Of a DNA stretch of 64,000 nt, positions 17,883 to 27,338 are shown in pieces. This stretch comes from Rubrivivax sp. (GTDB taxonomy: Bacteria > Pseudomonadota > Gammaproteobacteria > Burkholderiales > Burkholderiaceae_C). The position numbers and the translations under genes were made by a program. Below the pieces are notes generated by a model, which searched no databases, had not been told where the DNA came from, and was given only the letters and a program-made list of their open reading frames with translations. The stretch spans positions 13,807 through 77,806 of the forward strand of contig JAURZK010000185.1 in the NCBI GenBank assembly GCA_030653505.1, given 5' to 3'. Every line of letters begins with the position of its first letter. The first letter of the stretch is position 1.

Positions 17883-19070
17883 ATGAACTTCGAGTTGCCC
17901 GAGACCACGCGGATGATTCGCGACACCGTCCGCGAGTTCACCGAGCGCGAGCTCAAGCCGCTGGAGCCGCTGGTCATCCGGCGCGAGGCCGAGCGCGGCT
18001 TGAAGGACGACCCGCTGCTGCCGCCCGAGGTGGAGCACACGCTGCAAGAGAAGGCGCGTGCCATTGGGCTGTGGGGCATCGACGTGCCCGAGGAGTTCGG
18101 TGGGCAGGCCTTCGGCGCGTTGACCAAGTGCGTCGTGACCGAGCAGTTGAAGCATTCCATCGTGCACTTCGTTCCACCGCCGGACAGCCCCAATCTGTAT
18201 CTGCTGAAGGAACTGTGCAAGGGCGCGCAGATCGACAAGTACTTGATGCCCTATGTGCGCGGCGAGAAGAAGAGCTGCATCGCACTGTCGGAGGAGGGCG
18301 CGGGCTCGGACGCGGCGGCCATCCGGACCCGTGCCGAGCGCGTGAACGGCAAGTGGGTGCTGAACGGCGCGAAGATGTGGATCAGCAATGCCCGCCGTTC
18401 GCACTTCATGATCGTCGTGGCCGTGACCGACGCCAGCAAGGGTTCCCGCGGCGGCATCTCGGCGTTCCTGGTGGACCGCGACCACCCGGGCGTGAGCATC
18501 CCCACCTCGTATCCGATGATCGGTGAGTACCACCCCTACCAGGTCTTCTTCGACAACGTGACCCTGGACGACGGCCAGGTGCTGGGCGAGGTGGGCAACG
18601 CGTTCGTGCCCATCACCAACCGACTGGGCGTGCGCCGCCTCGACATCGCCTCGCGCTGCCTGGGATTGGCCGAACGCTGCCTGCAGATGATGATCGAGCA
18701 GGCCAACACGCGGAAGACCTTCGGCCAGCTGCTGGCCGACCGACAGGCCATCCAGTGGATGATCGCCGACAGCTGGCAGGAGCTGGAGATGGTGCGCCTG
18801 CAGGTCTATCAGCTGGCCTGGAAGGTCGACCAAGGCGTGAAGGACTTTCGCCGTGACGGGTCGATGGTGAAGGTGCAGGCGACGGAACTCATCCAGCGTG
18901 TGGCCGACAGGGCCATCCAGCTGTTCGGTGGCATGGGTCTGTCGAAGGAACTGCCGCTGGAATTCATAGCACGTTCGGCACGCGTGCTGCGCATCGTCGA
19001 GGGCCCCAGCGAAGTGCATCGCTGGGTGATAGCTCGCGACCTTTTGAGAAACGGTCTGCCGGCAACCTGA
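17883..19070 (+). CDS. Acyl-CoA dehydrogenase
   Basis: ALSEEGAGSD, WVLNGAKMWISNA, RKTFGQ.LADRQAIQW, IQLFGGMG, RIVEGPSEV (catalytic Glu). Confidence 0.95.
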   Translation: MNFELPETTRMIRDTVREFTERELKPLEPLVIRREAERGLKDDPLLPPEVEHTLQEKARAIGLWGIDVPEEFGGQAFGALTKCVVTEQLKHSIVHFVPPPDSPNLYLLKELCKGAQIDKYLMPYVRGEKKSCIALSEEGAGSDAAAIRTRAERVNGKWVLNGAKMWISNARRSHFMIVVAVTDASKGSRGGISAFLVDRDHPGVSIPTSYPMIGEYHPYQVFFDNVTLDDGQVLGEVGNAFVPITNRLGVRRLDIASRCLGLAERCLQMMIEQANTRKTFGQLLADRQAIQWMIADSWQELEMVRLQVYQLAWKVDQGVKDFRRDGSMVKVQATELIQRVADRAIQLFGGMGLSKELPLEFIARSARVLRIVEGPSEVHRWVIARDLLRNGLPAT

Positions 19071-19672
19071 CGCACTCCGGCTGAGGGTCGGCGGTGCAAA
19101 GGGTGCTGCTGCCGAGGTTCGCGGGGGCGAATGGCCGGGTCGTGGTGCCATGCGCGTCGCAACCCGAGGGGCTGCATTGGCAATGACGGCCCCATGCGCT
19201 TGGTCATGTCGCCGCTGCAAACTGTTCCGAGGCGGGAATCGGTCCTGCGATCCGCGCAGGAGCGGTGCCCAGGGTGCAGGAGTGCCGCCTTCAGGATGTC
19301 GGCATGCGCGCGTCCGTGGCGTGCGACAGCATGGGTCGGACAACCGCAAAACACCAGGCGTCACTCCCCAGCGGCAGCTTCACTGCGGCCACCTTCCGGT
19401 CGAAGGGTTCGGCCCGCGCAACGGATTGTGGCCCTGGAGGAACCCGGGTTCGAAGCTGACGCCGTGCTCGCGCCTCATGCGCGATTCGTCCGACCGTGGA
19501 CAGGGGTTGAACTGTCGAACCACTCCACTTTGTCGATCGCTTGGTCGCAAGTCGTTGTGCAGCTCGAACGCAGCTTCAAGACACTGCGTCGGCGCGCGGG
19601 CGCGACGCGGCCGCGCGTGAGCGCCTACGGGTCTTCCTCATTTGACAGGTCGATCATCCACAGGGACTATTC

Positions 19673-19687
19673 GTCCATGTGTGTGAA
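19673..19687. promoter_or_regulatory. Operator-like motif copy upstream of the NUDIX operon
   Basis: GTCCATGTGTGTGAA, ending 15 nt before ATG 19703. Confidence 0.45.
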
Positions 19688-19702
19688 CAAACCGGTGGCA
19701 GC

Positions 19703-21010
19703 ATGAGCGGCGACAAGCGCCAGCCGCGGCTTGCGGCCACTGTGGTGCTGACCCGCGACGCCCCCGGCGGTCTGGAACTGCTGCTACTGCGCCGTGCAGA
19801 AAAGGGCGACCACAACAGCGGCGCCTGGGTCTTCCCGGGCGGCCTCGTCGACAGCGCCGACCGCCAGTGCCACGCCCTGTGCAGCGGCCTTGACGACGCC
19901 GCAGCCAGCCAGCGGTTGGGCGTCGAGAGCGGGGGGCTGGACATGTTGATCGCCGCGGTGCGGGAGTGTTTCGAGGAAGCCGGAGTGCTTTGCGCCACCG
20001 GGCCCGACGGCCGCATCGTCGACCTGCAGGGCGCGCGCGGCGCCGAACTGTCGGCACAGCGCGGCGCACTCGCCACCGGTGACTGCAGCCTGGCCGATCT
20101 TTGCCGGGCCCACGCCCTGCGCCTTTGCGTCGACCGCCTGCACTACATCGCGCACTGGCTCACGCCCTTCGGCCGCGCCAAGCGATTCGACACCCGGTTT
20201 TTCGTCGCCGTGCTGCCAGAAGGTCAGGTATCCGCGCACGACGCCGTAGAGACCGTCGAGCAGGTGTGGCTGACACCTGCACAGGCCTTGGCGCCACAGA
20301 ACGCACGCCGCCTGATGACACCCACGCGCGCGGTGATCGAGCAGCTCGCGGCCTTTGCCGATACCGCCTCGTTGCTGACATGGGCGCACGCGCCACGCCA
20401 AGTGCAGCGTGTGCTGCCGCGCCTGGCAACGCGCACAGACGGTCCCTGCCCCATCCTGCCCAGCGACCCGGCCTGGCACGAGGTGGGCCGCCTCGATCCC
20501 GACGGCAGCGGCCAGGCCTGGTGCGAGGTCCGCACCGGCGAGCCCGTGGCACTCGCCCCCGGCGTTCTGCGGCTGACGGCGGCCACCACGGGCGCCCACA
20601 GCTACCTCGTCGAGTGCGACCCGGGCGCCTGGGCAGTGATCGACCCCGGGCCACCGGATGCCGTGCACCACGATGCGCTCGTCGCCACCGCGCCGGGCCC
20701 GCTGCGGTGGATCTGCCTGACCGATGGCAATGCCGTCCATGCCCAGGGCGCCGCCGTTCTGGCAGCCCGCACAGGCGCGCAGCTGCTGGACGCCCACCGC
20801 CTGTCCGCCACGGCGCTGGGTACGCTGCTGAGAGCCTGGCCCGGTCCGGCGCCCGGCAGCACCTGCTACCTGCGGGCCGAGGACGGCATGTTGTTCAACG
20901 GTGCGCAAGACCTGCCTGGCGAATGGCTGGCCGCGCACGGCGTCGAGTGGCGGGCTGCGCACAGCGGTTTCCTCACCCCCGCCTTTCCAGCCGCAGAGCC
21001 CCCATCATGA
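19703..21010 (+). CDS. NUDIX hydrolase fused to a degenerate metallo-beta-lactamase-fold domain
   Basis: AATVVL.RD....LE.LLLRR, VFPGG.VD, AAVRECFEEAGV, HWLTP....KRFDTRFF; C-terminal SYLV....WAVIDPGP domain without HxHxDH. Confidence 0.85.
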   Translation: MSGDKRQPRLAATVVLTRDAPGGLELLLLRRAEKGDHNSGAWVFPGGLVDSADRQCHALCSGLDDAAASQRLGVESGGLDMLIAAVRECFEEAGVLCATGPDGRIVDLQGARGAELSAQRGALATGDCSLADLCRAHALRLCVDRLHYIAHWLTPFGRAKRFDTRFFVAVLPEGQVSAHDAVETVEQVWLTPAQALAPQNARRLMTPTRAVIEQLAAFADTASLLTWAHAPRQVQRVLPRLATRTDGPCPILPSDPAWHEVGRLDPDGSGQAWCEVRTGEPVALAPGVLRLTAATTGAHSYLVECDPGAWAVIDPGPPDAVHHDALVATAPGPLRWICLTDGNAVHAQGAAVLAARTGAQLLDAHRLSATALGTLLRAWPGPAPGSTCYLRAEDGMLFNGAQDLPGEWLAAHGVEWRAAHSGFLTPAFPAAEPPS

Positions 21011-22119
21011 CGAACCGCCTGTGCGAGATGTTCGGCATCTCAGCGCCGATCCTTGCGTTCTCCCACTGCCGCGACGTCGTCGTCGAGGTCTCGAAGGCCG
21101 GCGGCCTGGGTGTGCTGGGCATGGCGCGCATGAGCCCCGAGCAGGTGCACGAAGAACTGAACTGGATCGACGCACACATCGGCGGCAAACCCTACGGCAT
21201 CGACATCCTCAACCCGACCCGCTACGAAGACCTGGGCGACCGCAAGTTCGACCCCGTGCGCCTGTTCCCGCCCGCGCAACTCGACTTCGTGAAGTCGTTG
21301 TTGGACAACGCCGGCATCCCGCCGCTGCCGGTGGCCGATGCCGACGCGATCATGAAAGCGATGGTCAACCAGTTCACCTTCACGCCCGAAGAGAGCGCGA
21401 AGATGGTCGACATCGCGCTGCAGCACCCCATCAAGCTCATCGTCAACGCGCTGGGTTCCCCGTCGCCGGAACTGGTGGCTCGTGCGCACGCGCAGGGCGT
21501 CAAGGTGGCGGCGATGGCCGGCGCACCCAAACATGCGCTGAAGCACAAGCAGGTCGGCTGCGACTTCGTCATCGCCGTGGGCACCGAGGCCGGCGGCCAC
21601 ACCGGCAGCACCACCTCGATGGTGCTCTGGCCGCGGGTCGTCGACGCCGTGGCGCCGCTGCCGGTGCTGGGCGCTGGTGGCGTCGGCCGCGGCCGCCAGA
21701 TCGCTGCCGCGCTGGCCTTGGGCTGCGAAGGCGTGTGGTGCGGCTCGGTGTGGCTGAAGACGGTGGAGAGCGAAGTCACGCCCGAGATCAAGCAGAAGCT
21801 GTTCGAGGCCGGCAGCGAAGACGCTGTGCTCACGCGCACCGTCACCGGCAAACCCTGCCGCACGCTGCGCAGCGCCTTCACCGACGCCTGGGACTTGCCC
21901 GGCGCGCCGCCCACCCTGCCCGCGCCGCTGCAGGCGCTGCTGTGGTGGGGCCAGGGCCGCACGCGCGTCGAACGGGTGCGCGCAAAGGACTTCCTCACCT
22001 ATCCCGTCGGCCAGATCGTCGGCGACATGCATGCCGAGACTTCGGTGCGCGAGGTCGTGCACGAGATGCTGCTCGAACTGCTCGAATCGAAGGAGCGGCT
22101 CGACAGCCTGCTCGACTGA
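21007..22119 (+). CDS. Nitronate monooxygenase-like FMN-dependent oxidoreductase
   Basis: AFSHCRDVV..VSKAGGLGVLG, GTEAGGHTG, PVLGAGGVGRG, GVWCGSVWL. Confidence 0.88.
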   Translation: MTNRLCEMFGISAPILAFSHCRDVVVEVSKAGGLGVLGMARMSPEQVHEELNWIDAHIGGKPYGIDILNPTRYEDLGDRKFDPVRLFPPAQLDFVKSLLDNAGIPPLPVADADAIMKAMVNQFTFTPEESAKMVDIALQHPIKLIVNALGSPSPELVARAHAQGVKVAAMAGAPKHALKHKQVGCDFVIAVGTEAGGHTGSTTSMVLWPRVVDAVAPLPVLGAGGVGRGRQIAAALALGCEGVWCGSVWLKTVESEVTPEIKQKLFEAGSEDAVLTRTVTGKPCRTLRSAFTDAWDLPGAPPTLPAPLQALLWWGQGRTRVERVRAKDFLTYPVGQIVGDMHAETSVREVVHEMLLELLESKERLDSLLD

Positions 22120-22137
22120 ACCCTGGTAAAGCGCCTC

Positions 22138-23025
22138 ATGCACACCATCCGCAGCCTCTTCTTCGCGCCCGCCAACCGGCCCGACCTTGTTGTCAAGTTC
22201 CCGCGGTTCGTCGCCGACTGCTACGTCATCGACCTCGAAGACGGCACACCGCCGGCCGACAAGGCCAGCGCCCGCGCAGGCCTCGCCACGCTGGTGGCGC
22301 AGGTGCGCCAAAGGTCGCTGCCCGGCGTGCTGACGGTCCGCGTCAACGAGCCCGAGTCCGGCCATTACCTCGACGACCTGGCCGCCGCCTGGGCTACCGA
22401 CGCCGACGGCATCGTGATCCCCAAGCTGGAGACGCTGGAACAGCTCTACCCCGCGCTGCACTGGCTGCGTCGCCTGGAACGCGAGGCACCGCGAGCCGAG
22501 CCGCGTTTCATCGTCGGCGGGCTGGAATCGATCGCCGGCGTGGCCAACGCCGCGGCGCTGTGCCGCGCCCACCCGGGGCTGACCGCCGTGTACTTCGGCG
22601 CCGAAGACCTGGCCAGCGAACTGGGTGCACGCCGCACGCCCGAAGCGCTGGAGGTGCTGTACGCACGTTCGCAGGTGCTGCTGCACGCCAAGGCGGCACG
22701 CATCGTCGCCATCGACCAGGCGGTGCTGGAGATCCGCGACGACAGCCACTTCGAGACCGACGCATTGGTCGGCCGCAGCCTGGGCTACGACGGCAAGATC
22801 TGCCTGCTGCCGCGCCAGCTGGACGTGGCCAACCGCGTCTTCCGCCCCAGCGATGCCGAACTCGACTTCGCGCGCAGGCTGATCCAGCGCTACACCGAAG
22901 CCATGGCGCAGGGCCTGGGCACGATCGACTTCGAAGGCAAGATGGTCGACGGGCCGCTGCTCAAGCGTTCGCAGCGCCTGGTGGCCCTGGGTGAACACCT
23001 GGCGCGGCTCGAGGCACGGCGATGA
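22138..23025 (+). CDS. CitE-like CoA-ester lyase (HpcH/HpaI aldolase/citrate lyase family)
   Basis: RSLFFAPANR, IDLEDG, VRVN, DGIVIPK, FGAEDL, GYDGK.CL.P.Q, GKMVDGP. Confidence 0.92.
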   Translation: MHTIRSLFFAPANRPDLVVKFPRFVADCYVIDLEDGTPPADKASARAGLATLVAQVRQRSLPGVLTVRVNEPESGHYLDDLAAAWATDADGIVIPKLETLEQLYPALHWLRRLEREAPRAEPRFIVGGLESIAGVANAAALCRAHPGLTAVYFGAEDLASELGARRTPEALEVLYARSQVLLHAKAARIVAIDQAVLEIRDDSHFETDALVGRSLGYDGKICLLPRQLDVANRVFRPSDAELDFARRLIQRYTEAMAQGLGTIDFEGKMVDGPLLKRSQRLVALGEHLARLEARR

Positions 23026-24290
23026 AAGTTGTCGACGCCGCGCAGCTGGACCTGCGCGACTGGATACGACCCGGCGACGGCATCGTGCTGGGCCAGGGCA
23101 CGGCCGAGCCGCTGACGCTGACCGAGGCGCTGGTGCGCCAGCGCCGTGAACTCGGCGGCGTGCGCGTCTACCTCGCTGCGATGTTCTCCGACACCTTCCT
23201 GCCCGAGCGCTGCGACGGCCTGCAGATCACCGGCATGGGCGGCGTGGGCAGCAACCGCCGCCTCGTCAAGGCCGGCGTGATGGACGTGTTGCCCTGCCAC
23301 GTCTCGCAGGTCAGCGAATTCATCAGCGGCGGCGAAATCCCCTGCGACGTGGCGCTGGTGCAGGTGAGCCCGCCCGATCAAAATGGCCGCTACAGCCTGG
23401 GCCTGGGCGCAGACCACAGCCGTGCTGCCGTGGACAAGGCGCGCGTCGTCATCGCCGAGGTGAACGCCCGTGTGCCGCAGGTGTGCTGCGACGTGGCGCT
23501 GACGGCCGACGACATCGACGTGCGGGTCGACACCGACCGCCAGCCCATCCAGCTGCCGGCCGCGCCCATCGGCGAACTCGAGCGCCGCATCGCCGCGCAC
23601 GTCGACCGCTACATCCCCGACCGCGCCACGCTGCAGGTCGGCTTCGGCGCCATCCCCGAGGCCATCATCGCGATGCTGTCGAACCGGCGCGACCTGGGCA
23701 TGCACTCGGGCATGGTCGGCGATTCGCTGGTCGACCTGGTCGAATGCGGCGCGCTGACCAACGCCTGCAAGGGCATCGACGCCGGCGTCAGCATCACCGG
23801 CGTGCTCTTCGGCACCGACGAGCGCCTCTACCGCTGGGCGCACCGCAACCCGCTGCTGCGCCTGTGCCCGATTCCCTACACCCATGCCGGCGCCGTGCTC
23901 GCACAGTTGCAGCGTTATGTCTCGGTGAACTCGGCACTCGAAGTCGACCTGACGGGCCAGGTCAACGCCGAGAGCATCGCCGGCGACTACATCGGTGCCG
24001 TCGGCGGCCAGGTCGACTTCGTGCGCGCGGCCGGCCGTTCACCGGGCGGCGCGTCGATCATCGCGCTGCCCAGCGCGGCCAAGGGCGGCACGGTGCCTCG
24101 CATCGTCGCGAAACTCGACGGGCCGGTGACCACGCCGCGCAGCGACGTGGATGTGGTCGCCACCGAAAACGGCGCCGTGCGCCTGCGCGGGCTGACGTTC
24201 AAACAGCGCGTGCGCTCGATGATCGAACTCGCCGCGCCCCAGCACCGCGAAGACCTGGCGCGCCAGGCGCACACGCTCTACGGCGTGTGA
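23022..24290 (+). CDS. Acetyl-CoA hydrolase / 4-hydroxybutyrate CoA-transferase family (family I)
   Basis: TLQVGFGAIPEA, LGMHSGM, NSALEVDLTGQVNAES, GGQVDF.R.A, VTTPRSDVD.V.TE.G. Confidence 0.92.
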   Translation: MKVVDAAQLDLRDWIRPGDGIVLGQGTAEPLTLTEALVRQRRELGGVRVYLAAMFSDTFLPERCDGLQITGMGGVGSNRRLVKAGVMDVLPCHVSQVSEFISGGEIPCDVALVQVSPPDQNGRYSLGLGADHSRAAVDKARVVIAEVNARVPQVCCDVALTADDIDVRVDTDRQPIQLPAAPIGELERRIAAHVDRYIPDRATLQVGFGAIPEAIIAMLSNRRDLGMHSGMVGDSLVDLVECGALTNACKGIDAGVSITGVLFGTDERLYRWAHRNPLLRLCPIPYTHAGAVLAQLQRYVSVNSALEVDLTGQVNAESIAGDYIGAVGGQVDFVRAAGRSPGGASIIALPSAAKGGTVPRIVAKLDGPVTTPRSDVDVVATENGAVRLRGLTFKQRVRSMIELAAPQHREDLARQAHTLYGV

Positions 24291-24327
24291 GGCGGGCCAG
24301 CGGCGGACCGCCGCCGGCACCGCGTAA

Positions 24328-25119
24328 TCAGTCGCCCCTGAAGTTGGGCTTGCGCTTTTCGACGAAGGCTTTGATGGCCTCGACGTGCTGCGGCGTCTTG
24401 TGCGCCACGGCCTGGAAACCTGCCGACATCTCGAGCAGGCCCTCGAAGCGCATGGTCTGGCCCTCGCGCAGCAGGCGCTTGGTCATGCGCAGGCCGGCGC
24501 CCGGGTTGGCAGCGATGCGCTCGGCCAGCGCGCGCGCCTCGGCCATCAGCTGCTCGGCCGGCACGACGCGCGACACCAGGCCGCAGGCCAGGGCCTCGGC
24601 GGCGGTGAGCGTGTCGCCGGTGAAACTCATCTCGGCGGCCTTGGACATGCCCACCGCGCGCGGCAGCAGCCAGGCACCGCCGTCGCCGGCAATCAGCCCC
24701 ACACGCACGAAGCTTTCGGCGAAGCTGGCGCTGTCTGCGGCGATGCGGATGTCGCACATGCAGGTCAGGTCGCAACCGGCGCCGATGGCCGGGCCGTTGA
24801 CGGCGGCGATCAGCGGCACTTCCAGGTTGAAGGCCGCCAGCGCCAGGCGCTGCACGCCCTGCCGGTACCACTGGCGCAACTGCGCCGGGGTGTGGTCGAA
24901 CAGCTCCTGCATGTGCTTGAGGTTGCCGCCCGACGAAAACACCGGGCCGGCGCCGGTGAGGATCACACAACGCACCGTAGCGTCGTCGGTGATGCGCTGG
25001 CAGGCGTCGACGAACTCCTGCGGCGCCGTGCCGCCAGTGAGCGCGTTGCGGGTCTCGGGCGAGTTCATCGTCAGCGTGACGACGGCGCCCGTCTGTTCGT
25101 AGTGCAGGAAAGCGGTCAT
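24328..25119 (-). CDS. Crotonase/enoyl-CoA hydratase family protein
   Basis: TLTMNSPETRNAL, FSSGGNL, AVNGPAIGAGCDL.CMCDIRIA, ESFVRVGLIAGDGG; start is ATG 25119. Confidence 0.93.
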   Translation of the reverse strand: MTAFLHYEQTGAVVTLTMNSPETRNALTGGTAPQEFVDACQRITDDATVRCVILTGAGPVFSSGGNLKHMQELFDHTPAQLRQWYRQGVQRLALAAFNLEVPLIAAVNGPAIGAGCDLTCMCDIRIAADSASFAESFVRVGLIAGDGGAWLLPRAVGMSKAAEMSFTGDTLTAAEALACGLVSRVVPAEQLMAEARALAERIAANPGAGLRMTKRLLREGQTMRFEGLLEMSAGFQAVAHKTPQHVEAIKAFVEKRKPNFRGD

Positions 25120-26174
25120 CGGAAGAGGTCCTGGTTGGGCGGAATCAGCGCCTGGCGCATGAAGTCGAGCGTGGTGCCGGTGTCGGCCAGCAGCGCGCGG
25201 CCGAGCACGCGATTCCAGTGCGTTTCGGCACCGAAGTCGGTGCGCCATTCGTGCAGGCGTCGGGTGTAGAGCTGCAGATCGAACTCGGTCGTCACGCCGA
25301 TGGCGCCGTGGACGGCATGCGCCATCGGCGCGGCCAAAGCCGCGGCTTCGCTGGTGCGCGACTTGGCCAGTGCCGCGCGCAGCGGCACGGGCCAGAGGCC
25401 GGCGCCGCTGCAGCCGATCTGTGCTGCGATGCGGCTGGCCGCCACGTGTTCGGCCAGCTGCGCCAACTGGTGCTGGATGGCCTGGAACTTGCCGATCGAA
25501 CGGCCGAACTGTTCACGCTGGTTGGCGAAGTCGACGGTCATCGTGAGCACCCGCTCCAGCGCGCCGGCAAGCTGCGCGGCGGCCAGCGCCGCGCCGGCGT
25601 CTCGCCATGCCGATGACGCCGAAGAGACCACCGCCGACGCGGGCAGCGCGGGCCAGTGCAGGTCGGCACGCAGGCTGCCGTGGATGCCGCTGCCGTCGCG
25701 CCGGGCGTCCGCTGCCGGCAACAGCCACCATCCGCCGTCATCGTTGCTGTCCTTGCCGCTGTCATCGGTGCCAACGGGGCGGTCCACGGCGATCCAGTCG
25801 GCCAGCAGGCCGGTCGGCGTGCCGGCACAGGTGATGCTGCCGTCGGCGCCCAGGCGGGCCTGCGCGGCGATGGCGAGGATGCCGTCCGGAGGTGTCTGAC
25901 CTGCGTGCGCCAGCACCGCACGCACGAGCATCGTGTGTGCCACCGGCAGTGGCAGCGCGTGGCGGCCTTCGGCGACGAAGAGCGGGAAGGCCTCGGCCAG
26001 CGCGAGCCCGGCGCCGCCTTGCGCCTCGGGCACCAGCGCGTCGAGGAAGCCCGATTCGGTGAGCGTGGACCATAGCGCCCTGGGCGAGCCGCCGGCCTCT
26101 ATCTGCCGCACCACAGCGGGCGGGCAGCGGTCGGACAGCAGGCGCTCGAAAGGCGCGGTGAAGAGCTCGCTCAT
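25116..26174 (-). CDS. Acyl-CoA dehydrogenase, short (small) subunit type
   Basis: REQFGRSIGKFQAIQHQLA, HAVHGAIGVT.E; reduced N-terminal motifs; coupled to the next gene by an ATGA overlap. Confidence 0.85.
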   Translation of the reverse strand: MSELFTAPFERLLSDRCPPAVVRQIEAGGSPRALWSTLTESGFLDALVPEAQGGAGLALAEAFPLFVAEGRHALPLPVAHTMLVRAVLAHAGQTPPDGILAIAAQARLGADGSITCAGTPTGLLADWIAVDRPVGTDDSGKDSNDDGGWWLLPAADARRDGSGIHGSLRADLHWPALPASAVVSSASSAWRDAGAALAAAQLAGALERVLTMTVDFANQREQFGRSIGKFQAIQHQLAQLAEHVAASRIAAQIGCSGAGLWPVPLRAALAKSRTSEAAALAAPMAHAVHGAIGVTTEFDLQLYTRRLHEWRTDFGAETHWNRVLGRALLADTGTTLDFMRQALIPPNQDLFR

Positions 26175-27322
26175 CGCAGCCCCAGCCCGCGCGCGATGAT
26201 GCCGCGCAGCACTTCGCGTGTGCCACCGCGCAGCGAGAAGGTCGGCGCAAACTGCGTCACGTAGGCCAGCGTGCGCAGCAGTTCCGGCGGTGTCTCGCGC
26301 TGCGGTGCGCTGGCAATGGCGTCGGCGATGGCCAGCGGCATGAATTGCTCCAGCTCGGTGCCCAGGTCCTTGACGAGCGAGGCCTCGACCACCGGGCTGG
26401 CGCCCGCGTCGACCTGCGCCGTCACCGCCAGCGACATCGAACGCAGCGTGGCCGTGTGGCCGACGATGCGGCCGGCCAGCGCCACGGTGGCGTCGTCGTC
26501 GGCCCCCGTGGCGCGCAGGTGGGCCAGCCAGGTGTCGAAGAGCACGATGCTCGAATACAGGCGTTCGGGCCCGCTGCGTTCGTAGGCCAGCTCGGCCGTC
26601 ACCTGCGCCCAGCCCGAGCCCTCTTCACCCACCAGCGCGTCGTGCGGCAGTTCGACATCGTCGAAGAAGACCTCGCTGAAGTGGCGGTCACCCGTAAGGT
26701 CCTCGATGGGGCGCACCGTGATGCCCGGCAGCGACATGTCGATGATCAGCTGCGACAGGCCACGCTGGCGGTCTTCGGTGCTGCCCGAGGTGCGCACCAG
26801 CGCGATCATGTACTGCGAGTGCTGGGCGTTGGTGGTCCAGATCTTCTGGCCCTTCAGCCGCCATCCGTTCGCCGTCGGCGTGGCGCGGGTGCGGATGCTG
26901 GCCAGGTCCGAGCCCGACTGCGGCTCGCTCATGCCGATGCAGAAATACAGCTCACCGCGGCACACACCCGGCACGTAGAAGCGCTTCTGCGCCTCGGTGC
27001 CGTAGCGCACGATCATGGGCGCGCTCTGGCGTTCGGCGATCCAGTGCGCCGACACCGGCGCGCCGCGGTTCAGCAGTTCCTCCACCAGCACGAAGCGGGC
27101 GTAGGCGTCGCGCCCGCCGCCGCCGTATTCGCGTGGCAGCTGCAGACCGATCCAGCCGCGCGCACCGAGCGCGCGGCTGAAACCGGCATCGAAGCCCAGC
27201 CAGGAACGTGCACGCAGTTCGGGCGCCATGCCCGTCAGCGCGCCGTCCAGAAAAGTCCGCACCTCGCCGCGCAAGGCGTCGGCCTCGGCGGGCAGCGGGT
27301 GCAGCGACAGGGCTTCGATCAC
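26171..27322 (-). CDS. Acyl-CoA dehydrogenase (large subunit type)
   Basis: IGMSEPQSGSDLAS, GQKIWTT.A, FSEVFFDDV, YERSGPE, GGTREVLR.IIAR.LGL; GTG start. Confidence 0.92.
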   Translation of the reverse strand: MIEALSLHPLPAEADALRGEVRTFLDGALTGMAPELRARSWLGFDAGFSRALGARGWIGLQLPREYGGGGRDAYARFVLVEELLNRGAPVSAHWIAERQSAPMIVRYGTEAQKRFYVPGVCRGELYFCIGMSEPQSGSDLASIRTRATPTANGWRLKGQKIWTTNAQHSQYMIALVRTSGSTEDRQRGLSQLIIDMSLPGITVRPIEDLTGDRHFSEVFFDDVELPHDALVGEEGSGWAQVTAELAYERSGPERLYSSIVLFDTWLAHLRATGADDDATVALAGRIVGHTATLRSMSLAVTAQVDAGASPVVEASLVKDLGTELEQFMPLAIADAIASAPQRETPPELLRTLAYVTQFAPTFSLRGGTREVLRGIIARGLGLR

Positions 27323-27338
27323 GGTGTACTGCCCCTGC

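Noticed and set aside
19071-19670. ORFs 19131-19706 and 19150-19620 in the 630-bp gap
   Set aside because: No recognisable motif, poor codon bias and no RBS; treated as non-coding or unrecognisably decayed DNA.
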